Below, in pieces: positions 1 through 10,522 of a stretch of DNA of 64,000 nucleotides; the first letter of the stretch is position 1; the number at the start of each line of letters is the position of its first letter. The DNA lies in IMG/VR virus record IMGVR_UViG_3300028886_000051; one strand, written 5' to 3'. This DNA is from a virus (taxonomy: Duplodnaviria; Caudoviricetes). Position numbers and translations under genes: made by a program. Below the pieces are notes generated by a model. It was not told where the DNA came from, searched no databases, and saw only the letters and a list, made by a program, of their open reading frames with translations.

Positions 1-747
1 AGGACATTTAAAAGTAAATGGAAGGCTACTTATTCTAAAAAAAGTTGTATACGCCATATCTTTTAAAAAAAATACTTCAACAGTATCTCCTCCGTTTATA
101 CCGTATATTCCGTCTGTTTTACAATTAAATGTGTATGTTTCGTCTTTTTCTAAATCTACATATATATTGTCAAACGTTTTAACAAAATCGTCCCTTGTAG
201 CCGTTATAGATAATTTGTTGTTTTCAGTATATATTGTTGAACCATTAATTAAATTGGCTGCACCAATATTTAAGTTTTTAATAGCTTCTATAGTATAATC
301 CTCAGAAGTCTGTTGAGCTTTAGTAATTTTACTATTAACATCTTCGATAGTAGAGTAATCACTAAATTTTGTTTCTATTTTACCTATTTGGGTTGTATGA
401 CTGTTTGAAGTATCTATAACAGAATTTATGGCATCTTTCATATTAACCACTTTACCATCAGACTTTGTGATAGTAGTTTCACCAATAATAGTCTTTACGG
501 AATTATCACTTTCTGTTTTTGTATAATAATTTGTTTTTAACTCATTGTAGATTTTTCCAAATTCACCAGACATATCATTTACATTATGCCATTTTTTATC
601 TTTAGAACTATAATATTTTAATATATTCTGTCCATCATTTGTATCTAACCATAGTTCATTATCTTTTGGATTAGCAGGTGCATTAACACCTACTGTAACA
701 TCTTTTCCTTTTACATTTATAATTATTGAGCCTGTTGTTGAACCCAT
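1..747 (-). CDS. Tail fibre / minor tail protein, partial (runs off the window edge)
   Basis: Not in the ORF track. ATG at 747 follows GAGGAG at the end of the upstream gene. Translation begins MGSTTGSIIINVKGKDVTVGVNAPANPKDNELWLDTNDGQNILKYY; the P..P....LWLDT motif is typical of siphophage fibre or baseplate proteins. Lies downstream of Tal. Confidence 0.7.
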   Translation of the reverse strand, partial: MGSTTGSIIINVKGKDVTVGVNAPANPKDNELWLDTNDGQNILKYYSSKDKKWHNVNDMSGEFGKIYNELKTNYYTKTESDNSVKTIIGETTITKSDGKVVNMKDAINSVIDTSNSHTTQIGKIETKFSDYSTIEDVNSKITKAQQTSEDYTIEAIKNLNIGAANLINGSTIYTENNKLSITATRDDFVKTFDNIYVDLEKDETYTFNCKTDGIYGINGGDTVEVFFLKDMAYTTFFRISSLPFTFKCP

Positions 748-756
748 TTTTAATTA

Positions 757-3525
757 TCACTCCTCATAATTAACTTTGCAAGTAAATTGACCACCATTAC
801 TTAACGATGATGCATCTACCGTATATGTTTTTTTCGTTGCATTTTTAATTACTGTTCCATTCAAATACCATTGATAAGTGAAATTTCCTGTGGCAATAGT
901 AGTAGTACCATAATCATATATATTTGCTGTTAATACCGTTGTGTCAGTTATTGTAGTACCATTACTTGACGTTATAACAACATCGTATAAGAGTTTTCCA
1001 TCTACTCTAGCAACTTTAGTTGTCATTTCTTGCATAATAGTATTTAACGACTTATCATCACTATCAAAATAAACTTTAGTAGAGTTAATAGAAGTAGTAC
1101 CATTATTTATTCCTGTAACAACAGAATCTATATTTAACTTATCTGCTGAAATACCATCATAAGTGTTAGACTTACTAGCCAATTTTTCAGACTTAATTAA
1201 TCCATCTGCAATAGCCTTCTCTTTGACACCAGTTGAGTCAATTAATGTGCCTTTCCCTGTATCATCTAGTACAAAAAAAGTGAAGTTACCATCAGTATCT
1301 TCACCTATTTGGATTCTTACTATGTTGTTTTTATCTCTGAATTGTATTACATTTTCAAAGATTGACAAATGACCACTCTCGGATAATATTTTAAATTCAT
1401 TTGTACTAATTGAATCACCAAAAATTGCTTTAGCAGTTATATATTCTGCGATTAAACTTTTTACAAATCCTTCTTCAAAGGTAACATTTTTTGATGTTAA
1501 ATTAATTGTTTGCATATCCCAAGAGCTAATATTACCAGATAAAAGAGTATTTATTTTGCCTGTATATGCTTCAAAATCCTTTACCTTAACAAAATCAAAT
1601 GTTGCTTGATGAGCTTCAATCCATTCAGCTGTTATTATTTTTGAAGCAAGTTCATCAAATTTGGCTTGCTCAACTTCTAATAATTTAGTATAGATATAAT
1701 TAGAATCAATTGTGTCGATTTTTCCATCGGCTATTTTTTCAAGAGCGTTAATTTGTTCGCTAGAAAATACAGCACCACCCATAGACATATTCATTAATGC
1801 TGTTGATAATTCAGCCCTTGTTACATAGTCGTTAGAGTTTTTAGATGAACTGCTACCTCCTGAACCACCGCTACCAGACGAATTGGTATATGAACTTGAT
1901 GAAACTCCTGTTGAATTATTTAAAAGATAATCTAAATCGCTCATTCCGTTTACCGAACGAGTTGAATTACTAAAAGTTATTGAAAAATCAGAACTATTTT
2001 GTGGTGAAAATTCAAAAGAAATAATCCTTTCATCTAATGAATAATTTTCGTTCAAATAGACAACAATAAAATTTCCTAATGCTATTTTTTTATAATTGAC
2101 CTTAAACTCAGGTATTTTCATTAAATTTATTATATCAGTTTGAATTTGATACTGAGGTTGTGCTAAGGAAGATAGTGCTTCTGTCGCACTTATCATTAAA
2201 TCATATTGTTTCTGTTGAATCTGTTCTTCTGTATAAATATCAGTAATTGCAAAAGTGTTATCATTATAATCTCCCTCTTTGATAAACTGCGATAATTCAA
2301 CTAATTGATCGGCGGTAAAATTATTTGCTAATAACACTTTAGATTTTATTGCAATTATCTCACTAGCAATATCTTTTAATTGAGATTCATAAGTTGAATA
2401 TTGTTTCTTTTTACTATTAAGCTCTGTATTTATAGCATTTCTTTTTTCTAAATATTTATTATAGGTATTATAAAAAGGAGAAGTAGAAGAATTATATCCT
2501 TGTTTTTTATAATCTTCTATTGAGGTGTCTACAGACTTTAATAATGCCTCCAATTCGTCTATACCATAATCAGACCAATTCTCTGATTCCACATCATCAG
2601 GTTGTTTGTCTTTTAAAGCAGCCATTGTATTTTCAAGTTTGTTATAATCTAACTGCCCTTTTTTAAAAGATTCTTTATTATCTTCCCATATAGAAATATA
2701 TGATTTCCAAGCAATCAATAAATCACTACTCATCCTAGAGTAAAAATAAGACAAATCATATATATATTCAAAACCACAATTCACTGCACGTATATCTAAA
2801 TCTTCATTGCCTGTAACACGTATACAATTAGTTATACCATTTTCATCTATTGGAGATTGGGTAAGCTTTTTGATGACTGTATTATTGCTTAAATAAACGT
2901 CCATATATTCACCAAAATGCTTTATAGGATATGCTGAAACAGTATAATTTTCAGTGTCAAATATAAATATACATTGTAATGTTTTCGCAACTTCCTCAGT
3001 TAAAAAGCTGTATATATTAATGCTTTCAATGGAAAAAGTTCTTTGCTTATTGATTAATTCAGGGTGTATATATCCGACAGACCAATTAGAAGCTTTCTCT
3101 AAAGCGAGGTTTAATAAAGACTTAGAAGTATCATTTTCATTATAAAAAGTTACTCCATCTATGCTTCCATCTTCACCACTATTTATATAAAATGAATTTA
3201 GATTTTTTTGAGACAATTCATATTCGATAGAATACAATTTACAATCTTTAGATTTAATTCCATTTTCATTTGTGTAAGTAGGAGTAGTAGACATCCACCA
3301 CCCTAAATTGTCTATATGTACTCTTGTGTTGGTTTCTATATCATCAAATGAATTTTCATTACCTTTATAGTATAACTGAAAATTAGCTTCACTATACTGA
3401 TTCAAATTTAAAGTAAACTTTAAATCAGTTGGTTTTCTGATACACTCATAAATATCTTTATTACCTTTAGCAATATACATTTTGCTATCAGATATTTTTT
3501 TTAGTGTTTCTAAATCTATAATCAT
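757..3525 (-). CDS. Tail tip / baseplate hub protein (Tal-like), 922 aa
   Basis: Directly follows Dit in TMP-Dit-Tal order. Has an N-terminal hub-like region, a coiled coil, an RIQIG..G repeat region and a C-terminal Ig-like segment (YQWYLNG..IKNAT). Confidence 0.75.
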   Translation of the reverse strand: MIIDLETLKKISDSKMYIAKGNKDIYECIRKPTDLKFTLNLNQYSEANFQLYYKGNENSFDDIETNTRVHIDNLGWWMSTTPTYTNENGIKSKDCKLYSIEYELSQKNLNSFYINSGEDGSIDGVTFYNENDTSKSLLNLALEKASNWSVGYIHPELINKQRTFSIESINIYSFLTEEVAKTLQCIFIFDTENYTVSAYPIKHFGEYMDVYLSNNTVIKKLTQSPIDENGITNCIRVTGNEDLDIRAVNCGFEYIYDLSYFYSRMSSDLLIAWKSYISIWEDNKESFKKGQLDYNKLENTMAALKDKQPDDVESENWSDYGIDELEALLKSVDTSIEDYKKQGYNSSTSPFYNTYNKYLEKRNAINTELNSKKKQYSTYESQLKDIASEIIAIKSKVLLANNFTADQLVELSQFIKEGDYNDNTFAITDIYTEEQIQQKQYDLMISATEALSSLAQPQYQIQTDIINLMKIPEFKVNYKKIALGNFIVVYLNENYSLDERIISFEFSPQNSSDFSITFSNSTRSVNGMSDLDYLLNNSTGVSSSSYTNSSGSGGSGGSSSSKNSNDYVTRAELSTALMNMSMGGAVFSSEQINALEKIADGKIDTIDSNYIYTKLLEVEQAKFDELASKIITAEWIEAHQATFDFVKVKDFEAYTGKINTLLSGNISSWDMQTINLTSKNVTFEEGFVKSLIAEYITAKAIFGDSISTNEFKILSESGHLSIFENVIQFRDKNNIVRIQIGEDTDGNFTFFVLDDTGKGTLIDSTGVKEKAIADGLIKSEKLASKSNTYDGISADKLNIDSVVTGINNGTTSINSTKVYFDSDDKSLNTIMQEMTTKVARVDGKLLYDVVITSSNGTTITDTTVLTANIYDYGTTTIATGNFTYQWYLNGTVIKNATKKTYTVDASSLSNGGQFTCKVNYEE

Positions 3526-4323
3526 TTATATTCCTACCTTTCGTGCAACATCATAAGATATTGTAATAGTTCCATTACCTGTGACTTTGATAGAGTTTAT
3601 TCCAGGAGCCAAAGATACCCACACTCTATTAAATTTAGAATATAAATTTCGATTAGGAATAGAAGAAGATAATATCATGTTTTCACAATCCATAATAACT
3701 TCTTCTTGATTTAATAAATTTAAAACAGTTGTCTGGTTTAAAGTGGTATTTTCAATAGTAAAATCTCCAGAATCTTCTTTTATAATTTTTATATATGGCT
3801 TAATATATATTTCATTATTTAAAAAATCATCAGAAGTATTATTAAGTACAAATGTTTTGTTGCCTGATATAGTATAAGAAGTAGAAGCGGTTTGATATCC
3901 ATATGGGCTATCACATTCAAAAGTTACGGCAACTCCTACAATACCACCATTATTTTTTTTAATTTCTATATTGGTTGCTATTGCATTGAAATGAACATTG
4001 CTACAAAGTGAATTATTAATTAAAAGTGTTGTATATTCATTTACCATAAGCCATTTATGAATATTACGAATTTCTTCTTTACTAAATGCTTCACCGTCAC
4101 ATTTCATTAGTCCAAAACAAGGTTGTAATACATCTTCATAAGACAATTCGATTAACTTTGCTTTAGGATTATTACCAACATTTTCTTTTGTAACCTCTAA
4201 TGATTGCGCAATATCAGGTTCAGAAAATCCACTGGATTTATCAAAAGAAACAATTATATATCCAAAATCGCTTTTAGAATTTTTACCATTGAACGTAAAG
4301 TCTATTGCGTCTATATATTCCAT
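3526..4323 (-). CDS. Distal tail protein (Dit-like)
   Basis: Sits between the tape measure and Tal genes. Carries the Dit-type motifs DFTFNGKNS, F.CDSPYGY and L.PG.N.I.VTG. Confidence 0.8.
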   Translation of the reverse strand: MEYIDAIDFTFNGKNSKSDFGYIIVSFDKSSGFSEPDIAQSLEVTKENVGNNPKAKLIELSYEDVLQPCFGLMKCDGEAFSKEEIRNIHKWLMVNEYTTLLINNSLCSNVHFNAIATNIEIKKNNGGIVGVAVTFECDSPYGYQTASTSYTISGNKTFVLNNTSDDFLNNEIYIKPYIKIIKEDSGDFTIENTTLNQTTVLNLLNQEEVIMDCENMILSSSIPNRNLYSKFNRVWVSLAPGINSIKVTGNGTITISYDVARKVGI

Positions 4324-4394
4324 ATTAATATCACTCCTTTATATTTTATTTTAAATAAATAAGAGAGCCAACTTTGACATTGACTCTCCTAGAA

Positions 4395-7300
4395 TTATAA
4401 TGGTCTACAGTTATTTTTTTGCATACCTAATTTTTCTAAAGAAGTAGCGATTTTACTTGTTACATTCTTTGTTAATTGATTCTGCATATTTTCGAACTCT
4501 TTAGCAAAGTTCTTATCTATATTTCCCTGAACTGTTATTCCAGCATCTATATTTATGATAGGTGTAGAACTTCCAACCTTAGTAAAATTATTTTGTGGCA
4601 ACTTAAAAGTCTTAACAAAATCTTCTAGTTTAGGCGTAATTTCAGGAAGATTTGATACAAGTTTATCGAAAGACTTGGTTTGCTCTAATGATAAAACTCT
4701 TTCGCCTTTCTTTGCAAATATAGTAACATCTTCACCAAAACTTTGAGCTAATTTATTAGACTTTCCGTTAACCACGCCACCTTCTGCAAACATTGGAAAT
4801 GGAAGATATTTATTTATTCCTGCTGAAGGTAAATTACCTTGTCCAGATTGTTCACCTAGTTTCTTACGAATTTCGTCACTAAGACTTCTAATACCATCTG
4901 CGATTCCATTGCTGATTTTAGATATAGACGTGCCAAGAGCGACACCAGCACCTATTCCAGCACCAGCACCTATTCCATTAAGTTTATCAAGCTCATATCT
5001 AAGTCCATTTACTGAACTACTAGCCTTATTTGCAGCATCCTTAACGTTGTTAATAGAATTAACTGCACCATTACCATAGCCACTATTTAAAGCTGAACTT
5101 ATCCATTGTTTTAAATGAATAGACTCAACAGAAGTATTATAAAGATTTTGCCTAACTTTAGAAATTGCTTCATAAACTCCAGAATTATTACTAATATTAA
5201 ATGCTGACATTATAGTGCTTGCCATATTATTAGCCTGTGTCTGAACACTTTGAATATTAGTTTTAATTCCATTTAATTTAGCAGTAAAATTACTTGTGCT
5301 AGAATTAAGTGCCTGATTATATCCTGCGATAGCACTAGAACCTGTACGCCAAGGATTAATAATACAAGAATTAATAGATACATTTTGCTTTTTCTCTAAA
5401 TCTAATAAAGTTTTAGAAATCTCATTGGCTCTTGATTTGGCTTCGGCAATAGCTTTCTTTAATACTTTGTCTTCATTTTTTAAAGAATCCTTTAAAGCTT
5501 CGGTTCTTTTTTCTTGTGCATCCTTATAATCTTCTAACTCTTTATCCAAAGCATCGCTACGAGTATCTACAGCATGGTCATATTTATAATCTTCCAAATC
5601 ATTAACAGCTTCAGCAAGTTCAGCTTCAAGTTTTTCACGTTCAGCAATAGTAGCAGCATCATCTGACCCCATCATTGCATTGATTTTACGTTTAATAGAA
5701 GAAATTTCTTTTTCTTTTTGAACTATATTCTTCTTATATTCATATAAATCTTTTTCGGCTTGTAATGACTCTTTTTGCTTATTTATTAATTCTTCATAAG
5801 CATCAGTTTCATCGTTAATTGCATCAATAGCCTCATTAACTCTCGCTTCGGCTAAATCTAATATAGCCTTTTTAGCTTCTTCAGCAGTAGATATTGATGA
5901 AAATTGTGAATCTCTTAATTCATTCAATTTATCAGTGTACTCATTAATAGATACCTTGCCTTCTGAATATAATTTGTCAAGATATTTAATTTCTTCATTA
6001 TATTGAGAAACTTCATTTCTTGCCAATTCATATTTTTGAGCTAATAAACCAATTCTAGTAATTGATTCAGAAGTAAATTTACCATTTGAAGTAACTGTAT
6101 CTTTCTCTAATAGACTATTTAAACTGTCTAACTCACTTGAGATAGAAGAAAACTGGTCTTTAATCTTTTCAAGAGTATTCCAATGCAATTCATTAATAGA
6201 TTTCTGAAAATCTTTTAAGTCATTTTCACAAGATATAATAGAAGAATCTACATCTTGTAATGCATCATACATATCTTTCCATTCATTTGAACCATATTCA
6301 ATACCATTTCTTAATGCAGAAGTCATTTGAGAAGTAAGTGTATCACGTTCTTCTTTAAGTATCTGAATTTGAGATTTAGTTTCGGTTATTAATTCTTCAT
6401 AGAATCCTTGACCAACATTTTGTTCCTGAGTTTCTAATAAACTAACAACATCTTTAATTTTAGATTTATTTTTATCTAAGATGTTATACATAGAATCAAA
6501 ATCATCTTTGATGTTGTTGAATTTATCAACTTCAAGATCTTTTAATGTCTGTTTTAACTCTATTAATTGAGAATTAATATCATCTACTTTATCAGCCCAA
6601 GTCTGGTAATTCTTAATTGCATCAGTAACCTCGGAATTTCCATTACCAATAAATTTATCTATTTCCAGACCACCTTCTTTGGCTAATCCTTTATATTGTT
6701 CGGGAATTTTAGCCAAATACTCATCAGCCATTCTAGTATATAAATCACTGACTTGTTCTAAGGTGTTCATTTTAGATTTATTGATGTCTACTAAACTATC
6801 AACTAAAGCATTTTTATTGGCTGAACCCTCTAACTGTTCAATATGTTTTTGGGTATCGTCAATTAATGTGTTTAAATGATTAAGTTTTTCTTCGGCAAAA
6901 TCTATTATATCAATAGAATCTTTAGAATTAGATTTAGAGGAATCTGAATTAGAATTACTTGCTCTTAAAGTCGCATCAGGGTTTGTATCAACTCCTAAAA
7001 TTGTTTTCTGAGTTAAATCAGATATTTTTTTAGAATCACTTTTTCGTTTATTCAAGACTTTATCTATTGTATCTTGAGATATTCCATTATTTAAAGCTTG
7101 AACCTTCCATGCTTCTAAAGCTGCTTCACTAACTGCATTATAACTTTCTGCTAATTCGTAATTTGTACTAGACAAATAAGTCATCGCATCTGCTTCAGTA
7201 TTAATGCCTGTTACATTATCAATAAGTCCTTGTTGCATTTGAGCTTCCATTGCAAGGAGTCTTGCTTTGGTTAATTCTTTCATTGATTCTGTATCAGTTT

Positions 7301-9524
7301 TTAAATTACCATCTTCATCAATTAAATAATCTAAAAATTGAGAGCCATTAGATAATATGGCTTGATACTGATCAACAGTAATATAACCAGTCTCATTATA
7401 TTGATCTATTGTATCCATTAAGCTAGTATAAGCCGATTGTATATTATCAAGTTGGTCAGATAATTGACCAAGTTTAGTTGAATTATTAGTATCGTCTTTT
7501 AATTTAAAAATATCTGATGGAGAATATTCAAAACTCTGAAAAGCTTGAGAAGTTTCATCTCTAAAAAGTTTTACAATATGACTTGCAGCTTTTTTAATAG
7601 ATTCTTCACCTTGGTTATCATACAAAGTTTGAGCTATACCTTTTAATAATTTTTTAGCTTCATCACTGGATAATAAATCTTGTTCAGTTAAATCTTCTCC
7701 AAATTGTTTTTTTAAAAGTTGTATTGCACCGTCCATACCAGAGAAGTGCATAAGGCGACCAACTACATCTGCCCAGTTTCCATTATTGTCATAATTTTGA
7801 CTATCGTCAACACCAGCATAAATTCCTTGAACAAATGTATCACCAATTTGTCGTCCCTGAGCATCAAACTCTTTCAATTCATCATCGGTAACTTTTCCAT
7901 CATCAGCATATGCTTCTGCAAGAATCTGATTAATATATTCTTCAACAGTATCTTTTGATAAGAATGTTCCATTTGGTAGAATAGGAGTAAATGCAACTTC
8001 CCAACCATTGCCATTTAAGTCTTCTCCAAAACGTTCAGAACCACCAAATACAGTATCAATAGAACCTACTTCTGGATCATAATCCCAACTTGCTAATGCA
8101 TCTGCATAAGTTTGTTTAAGTTCGTCAGACCAATTAATAATGGTACGTTTATCCATATCGACATTGCCAAATACAGTTTGAATAGTACCATTCTTAATTT
8201 GTTCAGCATAATCATCGAGACCCCAGTCGGAGATTTTTTGATATTCTTCTTCAAGTCCTTCTATTATGCCATTAGAATTAAATGCCTGTAATATATCTTC
8301 ATCACTAAGTCCATTTTCGATTTTCGCTTTTAATGCCTTACCTATATCCTTGAAGCTATCTTTATTTAAAATTCTAGTGATATTTTGGTCAGCCCAAGAG
8401 TCGAAATCAATATATTTAAGATAAGATAGTTGTTCATTTAATTTGTCTTGTACTTCCTTTGAAGACATCTGTTCAGGATAATTTTTATTAATATCTTGAA
8501 TAAGTTTAGAAACTTCAGTATATCTTGCTTTAATTATTTCTAAATCTTTTTCAGCAATTATTTCTAAAGCTTTTTCAGCCTTTTCATCATCAAGATGAAT
8601 ATCATTTATAAATCCTAGCCCTTTACTATTAATATATTTATTATATTTATCTTTAGCTGTAGAGGAATAACTATTTATTTTTTCAAGTTCATCAATAGCG
8701 TCTTTAAGTTTTTCATAATCAGTATCTTCATGTCTTGCTTTTTCAATTCTATACCATCTTTCAAAACCTAAAGTAGTCAAATCAGTTGGTTTCCATTTTT
8801 TAGCTTTACCTTCTTTACCTTTATTGGTAGTAAAATCCAAGTCATCTTTTTCAATTAAAGTTTGAACATAATCTTTACCAACTTGATCTTGTGAATCTTT
8901 AAGGATTTTTTTCTGTGATTCTAACTGACGATTAATTTCTTTAAGATTTTCAATCTCTTGCTTATCAACATAAGTAATATTATCTAAATTCTGAATCTCT
9001 TCAATACGTTTCTTATTATCTTCAAGAGAAGTATTAATATCTTCGATTTTTTGCTTGTTGGTCTCAAAAGTTTCATTTAAATTTTCAAGTTTTTTATTTA
9101 AATTAGCAATCTTATCAACCTTTTTATTGTATTTTTCAATACCTTTATTAATTAATTGAATGCCAGAACTAATAATAGCTCCAATCACCATACCACCAAA
9201 CATATTTAATACATCTGCACCAAGAGTTCCAAAGAAATTCTTGATTGACGCTCCAATGTTTTTTAAGCTAAATTTGGTAGCGTTTAATTGCTCTTGGTAT
9301 GCCTGAAGATATGTCTGACCTTCTTTAAGGATGATGTTACCATTACGAATTGATTTAGCAAACGAAATAGATTCTTTAGATGCCTGTGGATATTTCTGGA
9401 TTAATGATTCTAATTCGATTTCTTTATTATATAAATCTTTATTATTTAAAAAATCCTTTGTATCGTTATTTATATCTATAATTTTCCCAAAACTAAAACC
9501 ATTTTTATTATCATAATGTGCAAG
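4395..9524 (-). CDS. Tape measure protein, exon 3 (1709 codons plus stop)
   Basis: The frame stays open for 107 codons upstream of the track's ATG (9203), up to TAG at 9527-9525, with no start codon or RBS. It begins CTT GCA CAT (LAHYDNKNG), exactly at the predicted 3' splice site. Long coiled coil with a C-terminal FAEGG motif. Confidence 0.85.
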   Translation of the reverse strand, partial: LAHYDNKNGFSFGKIIDINNDTKDFLNNKDLYNKEIELESLIQKYPQASKESISFAKSIRNGNIILKEGQTYLQAYQEQLNATKFSLKNIGASIKNFFGTLGADVLNMFGGMVIGAIISSGIQLINKGIEKYNKKVDKIANLNKKLENLNETFETNKQKIEDINTSLEDNKKRIEEIQNLDNITYVDKQEIENLKEINRQLESQKKILKDSQDQVGKDYVQTLIEKDDLDFTTNKGKEGKAKKWKPTDLTTLGFERWYRIEKARHEDTDYEKLKDAIDELEKINSYSSTAKDKYNKYINSKGLGFINDIHLDDEKAEKALEIIAEKDLEIIKARYTEVSKLIQDINKNYPEQMSSKEVQDKLNEQLSYLKYIDFDSWADQNITRILNKDSFKDIGKALKAKIENGLSDEDILQAFNSNGIIEGLEEEYQKISDWGLDDYAEQIKNGTIQTVFGNVDMDKRTIINWSDELKQTYADALASWDYDPEVGSIDTVFGGSERFGEDLNGNGWEVAFTPILPNGTFLSKDTVEEYINQILAEAYADDGKVTDDELKEFDAQGRQIGDTFVQGIYAGVDDSQNYDNNGNWADVVGRLMHFSGMDGAIQLLKKQFGEDLTEQDLLSSDEAKKLLKGIAQTLYDNQGEESIKKAASHIVKLFRDETSQAFQSFEYSPSDIFKLKDDTNNSTKLGQLSDQLDNIQSAYTSLMDTIDQYNETGYITVDQYQAILSNGSQFLDYLIDEDGNLKTDTESMKELTKARLLAMEAQMQQGLIDNVTGINTEADAMTYLSSTNYELAESYNAVSEAALEAWKVQALNNGISQDTIDKVLNKRKSDSKKISDLTQKTILGVDTNPDATLRASNSNSDSSKSNSKDSIDIIDFAEEKLNHLNTLIDDTQKHIEQLEGSANKNALVDSLVDINKSKMNTLEQVSDLYTRMADEYLAKIPEQYKGLAKEGGLEIDKFIGNGNSEVTDAIKNYQTWADKVDDINSQLIELKQTLKDLEVDKFNNIKDDFDSMYNILDKNKSKIKDVVSLLETQEQNVGQGFYEELITETKSQIQILKEERDTLTSQMTSALRNGIEYGSNEWKDMYDALQDVDSSIISCENDLKDFQKSINELHWNTLEKIKDQFSSISSELDSLNSLLEKDTVTSNGKFTSESITRIGLLAQKYELARNEVSQYNEEIKYLDKLYSEGKVSINEYTDKLNELRDSQFSSISTAEEAKKAILDLAEARVNEAIDAINDETDAYEELINKQKESLQAEKDLYEYKKNIVQKEKEISSIKRKINAMMGSDDAATIAEREKLEAELAEAVNDLEDYKYDHAVDTRSDALDKELEDYKDAQEKRTEALKDSLKNEDKVLKKAIAEAKSRANEISKTLLDLEKKQNVSINSCIINPWRTGSSAIAGYNQALNSSTSNFTAKLNGIKTNIQSVQTQANNMASTIMSAFNISNNSGVYEAISKVRQNLYNTSVESIHLKQWISSALNSGYGNGAVNSINNVKDAANKASSSVNGLRYELDKLNGIGAGAGIGAGVALGTSISKISNGIADGIRSLSDEIRKKLGEQSGQGNLPSAGINKYLPFPMFAEGGVVNGKSNKLAQSFGEDVTIFAKKGERVLSLEQTKSFDKLVSNLPEITPKLEDFVKTFKLPQNNFTKVGSSTPIINIDAGITVQGNIDKNFAKEFENMQNQLTKNVTSKIATSLEKLGMQKNNCRPL

Positions 9525-9581
9525 CTAATAATAAATATAAACTTTGTATTTATTAATCTGCTTTAATTTTAGAAAAAATAA

Positions 9582-9604
9582 TGGTATAATAAATAAAAAA
9601 GGAG
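9582..9604 (+). promoter_or_regulatory. SigA-type extended -10 promoter and RBS for the intron-embedded antisense gene
   Basis: TGgTATAAT at 9582-9590, followed by AAAGGAG before the ATG at 9615. Confidence 0.65.
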
Positions 9605-9614
9605 ATTTTATAAT

Positions 9615-10091
9615 ATGAATCATAAACCAAGAGTAATGTGTTGTCCTAACTGTAAAAAGAATAATAGAACACATAATTCATCGAAATATGTAACGCCTGC
9701 TGCATATTTTTCAGCATATATTAATAAAGAAGATACATATTGTAAATATTGTGGTTGTCGTTTGTCGCCTATGAATATTGACGTGTTTGAATTTGGAATA
9801 ATTGCAGATATATCAGGCGACCCATCATTTATTATAGCAATGGATGATCTTAAACAAAAAGACCCAATAGAATTTCAACTAAAAATGTCACAATTCAAAA
9901 CTCAATTACAACAACAAAAGGGTAATGAACAAATAGAAAATAGTAACTTAATCCATTGTCCTAAGTGTAATTCAACTGCAATTACAACAGGTGCTAGAGG
10001 AGTCAATAATTTCTGGGGACTTCTTGGTGCAAGCAAAACTGTTAATCGTTGTGGTAACTGTGGTTATACTTGGAAACCGAATAATTGGTAG
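9615..10091 (+). CDS. Zn-ribbon protein (moron-like cargo inside intron 2), 158 aa
   Basis: Own promoter and RBS. Four CxxC pairs; C-terminal CPKCNST...GLLGASK...RCGNCGYTW module. Antisense to the tape measure gene. Confidence 0.8.
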   Translation: MNHKPRVMCCPNCKKNNRTHNSSKYVTPAAYFSAYINKEDTYCKYCGCRLSPMNIDVFEFGIIADISGDPSFIIAMDDLKQKDPIEFQLKMSQFKTQLQQQKGNEQIENSNLIHCPKCNSTAITTGARGVNNFWGLLGASKTVNRCGNCGYTWKPNNW

Positions 10092-10251
10092 AAGTAGAAG
10101 AAGATAACCGTCCTAAATGTCCAAATTGTCATTCAACCAACATAAAAGCTATAACTGGTACTGAACGAGCAATGTCTATTATGGGGTTGGGTATCTTCAG
10201 CAAAAAATCAATAAGGGTTTTAAATATCTGAACTGTAAGTATACTTGGTAA
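10091..10251 (+). pseudogene. Frameshifted remnant of a paralogous Zn-ribbon C-terminal module
   Basis: Reads EVEEDNRPKCPNCHSTNIKAITGTERAMSIMGLGIFSKK, then after a frameshift in the A-run INKGFKYLNCKYTW*. No start codon. Confidence 0.7.
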
Positions 10252-10274
10252 ACATGTGTACTAATTATCTTATC

Positions 10275-10309
10275 ATAAAAGAGAGTGGCAATATTACACT
10301 CTCTTTTAT
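10275..10309. terminator. Bidirectional intrinsic terminator inside intron 2
   Basis: ATAAAAGAGAGTG / CACTCTCTTTTAT inverted repeat with A/T tracts on both sides. Confidence 0.7.
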
Positions 10310-10321
10310 AAGGTGTACACA

Positions 10322-10484
10322 TAAAGAAAACACCTAGCAATAACTAGATGTTTTCCATACAGTTTATAACCATTGGAATATATTCAGTTTCACTAAAAAT
10401 CAGTGCGAATACATTTGCCCCAATGTACAACGAAAGAAATAACACAATGTCAAATCTTTCGCAACAGTCATATTTGTTTTTGTA
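10322..10484 (-). ncRNA. Putative ~160-nt sRNA inside intron 2, downstream of the MazF/PemK remnant
   Basis: TTGACA (10518-10513), 17 nt, TATTAT (10495-10490). No ORF. Terminator hairpin at 10355-10326 followed by a U-rich tail. Confidence 0.55.
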
Positions 10485-10522
10485 TTATTATAATACACTA
10501 TATGCATTAATATGTCAATAGG

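Noticed and set aside
4395-9203. The 1602-aa ORF as an independent gene starting at ATG 9203
   Set aside because: No clear RBS, the frame is open for 107 codons upstream, and it opens exactly at the splice site predicted by the intron guide.
9525-9527. Stop-codon reassignment or read-through as the cause of the fragmented tape measure gene
   Set aside because: Other genes are intact under the standard code, no suppressor tRNA is present (anticodon TGA reads Ser UCA), and the gaps contain group I cores.
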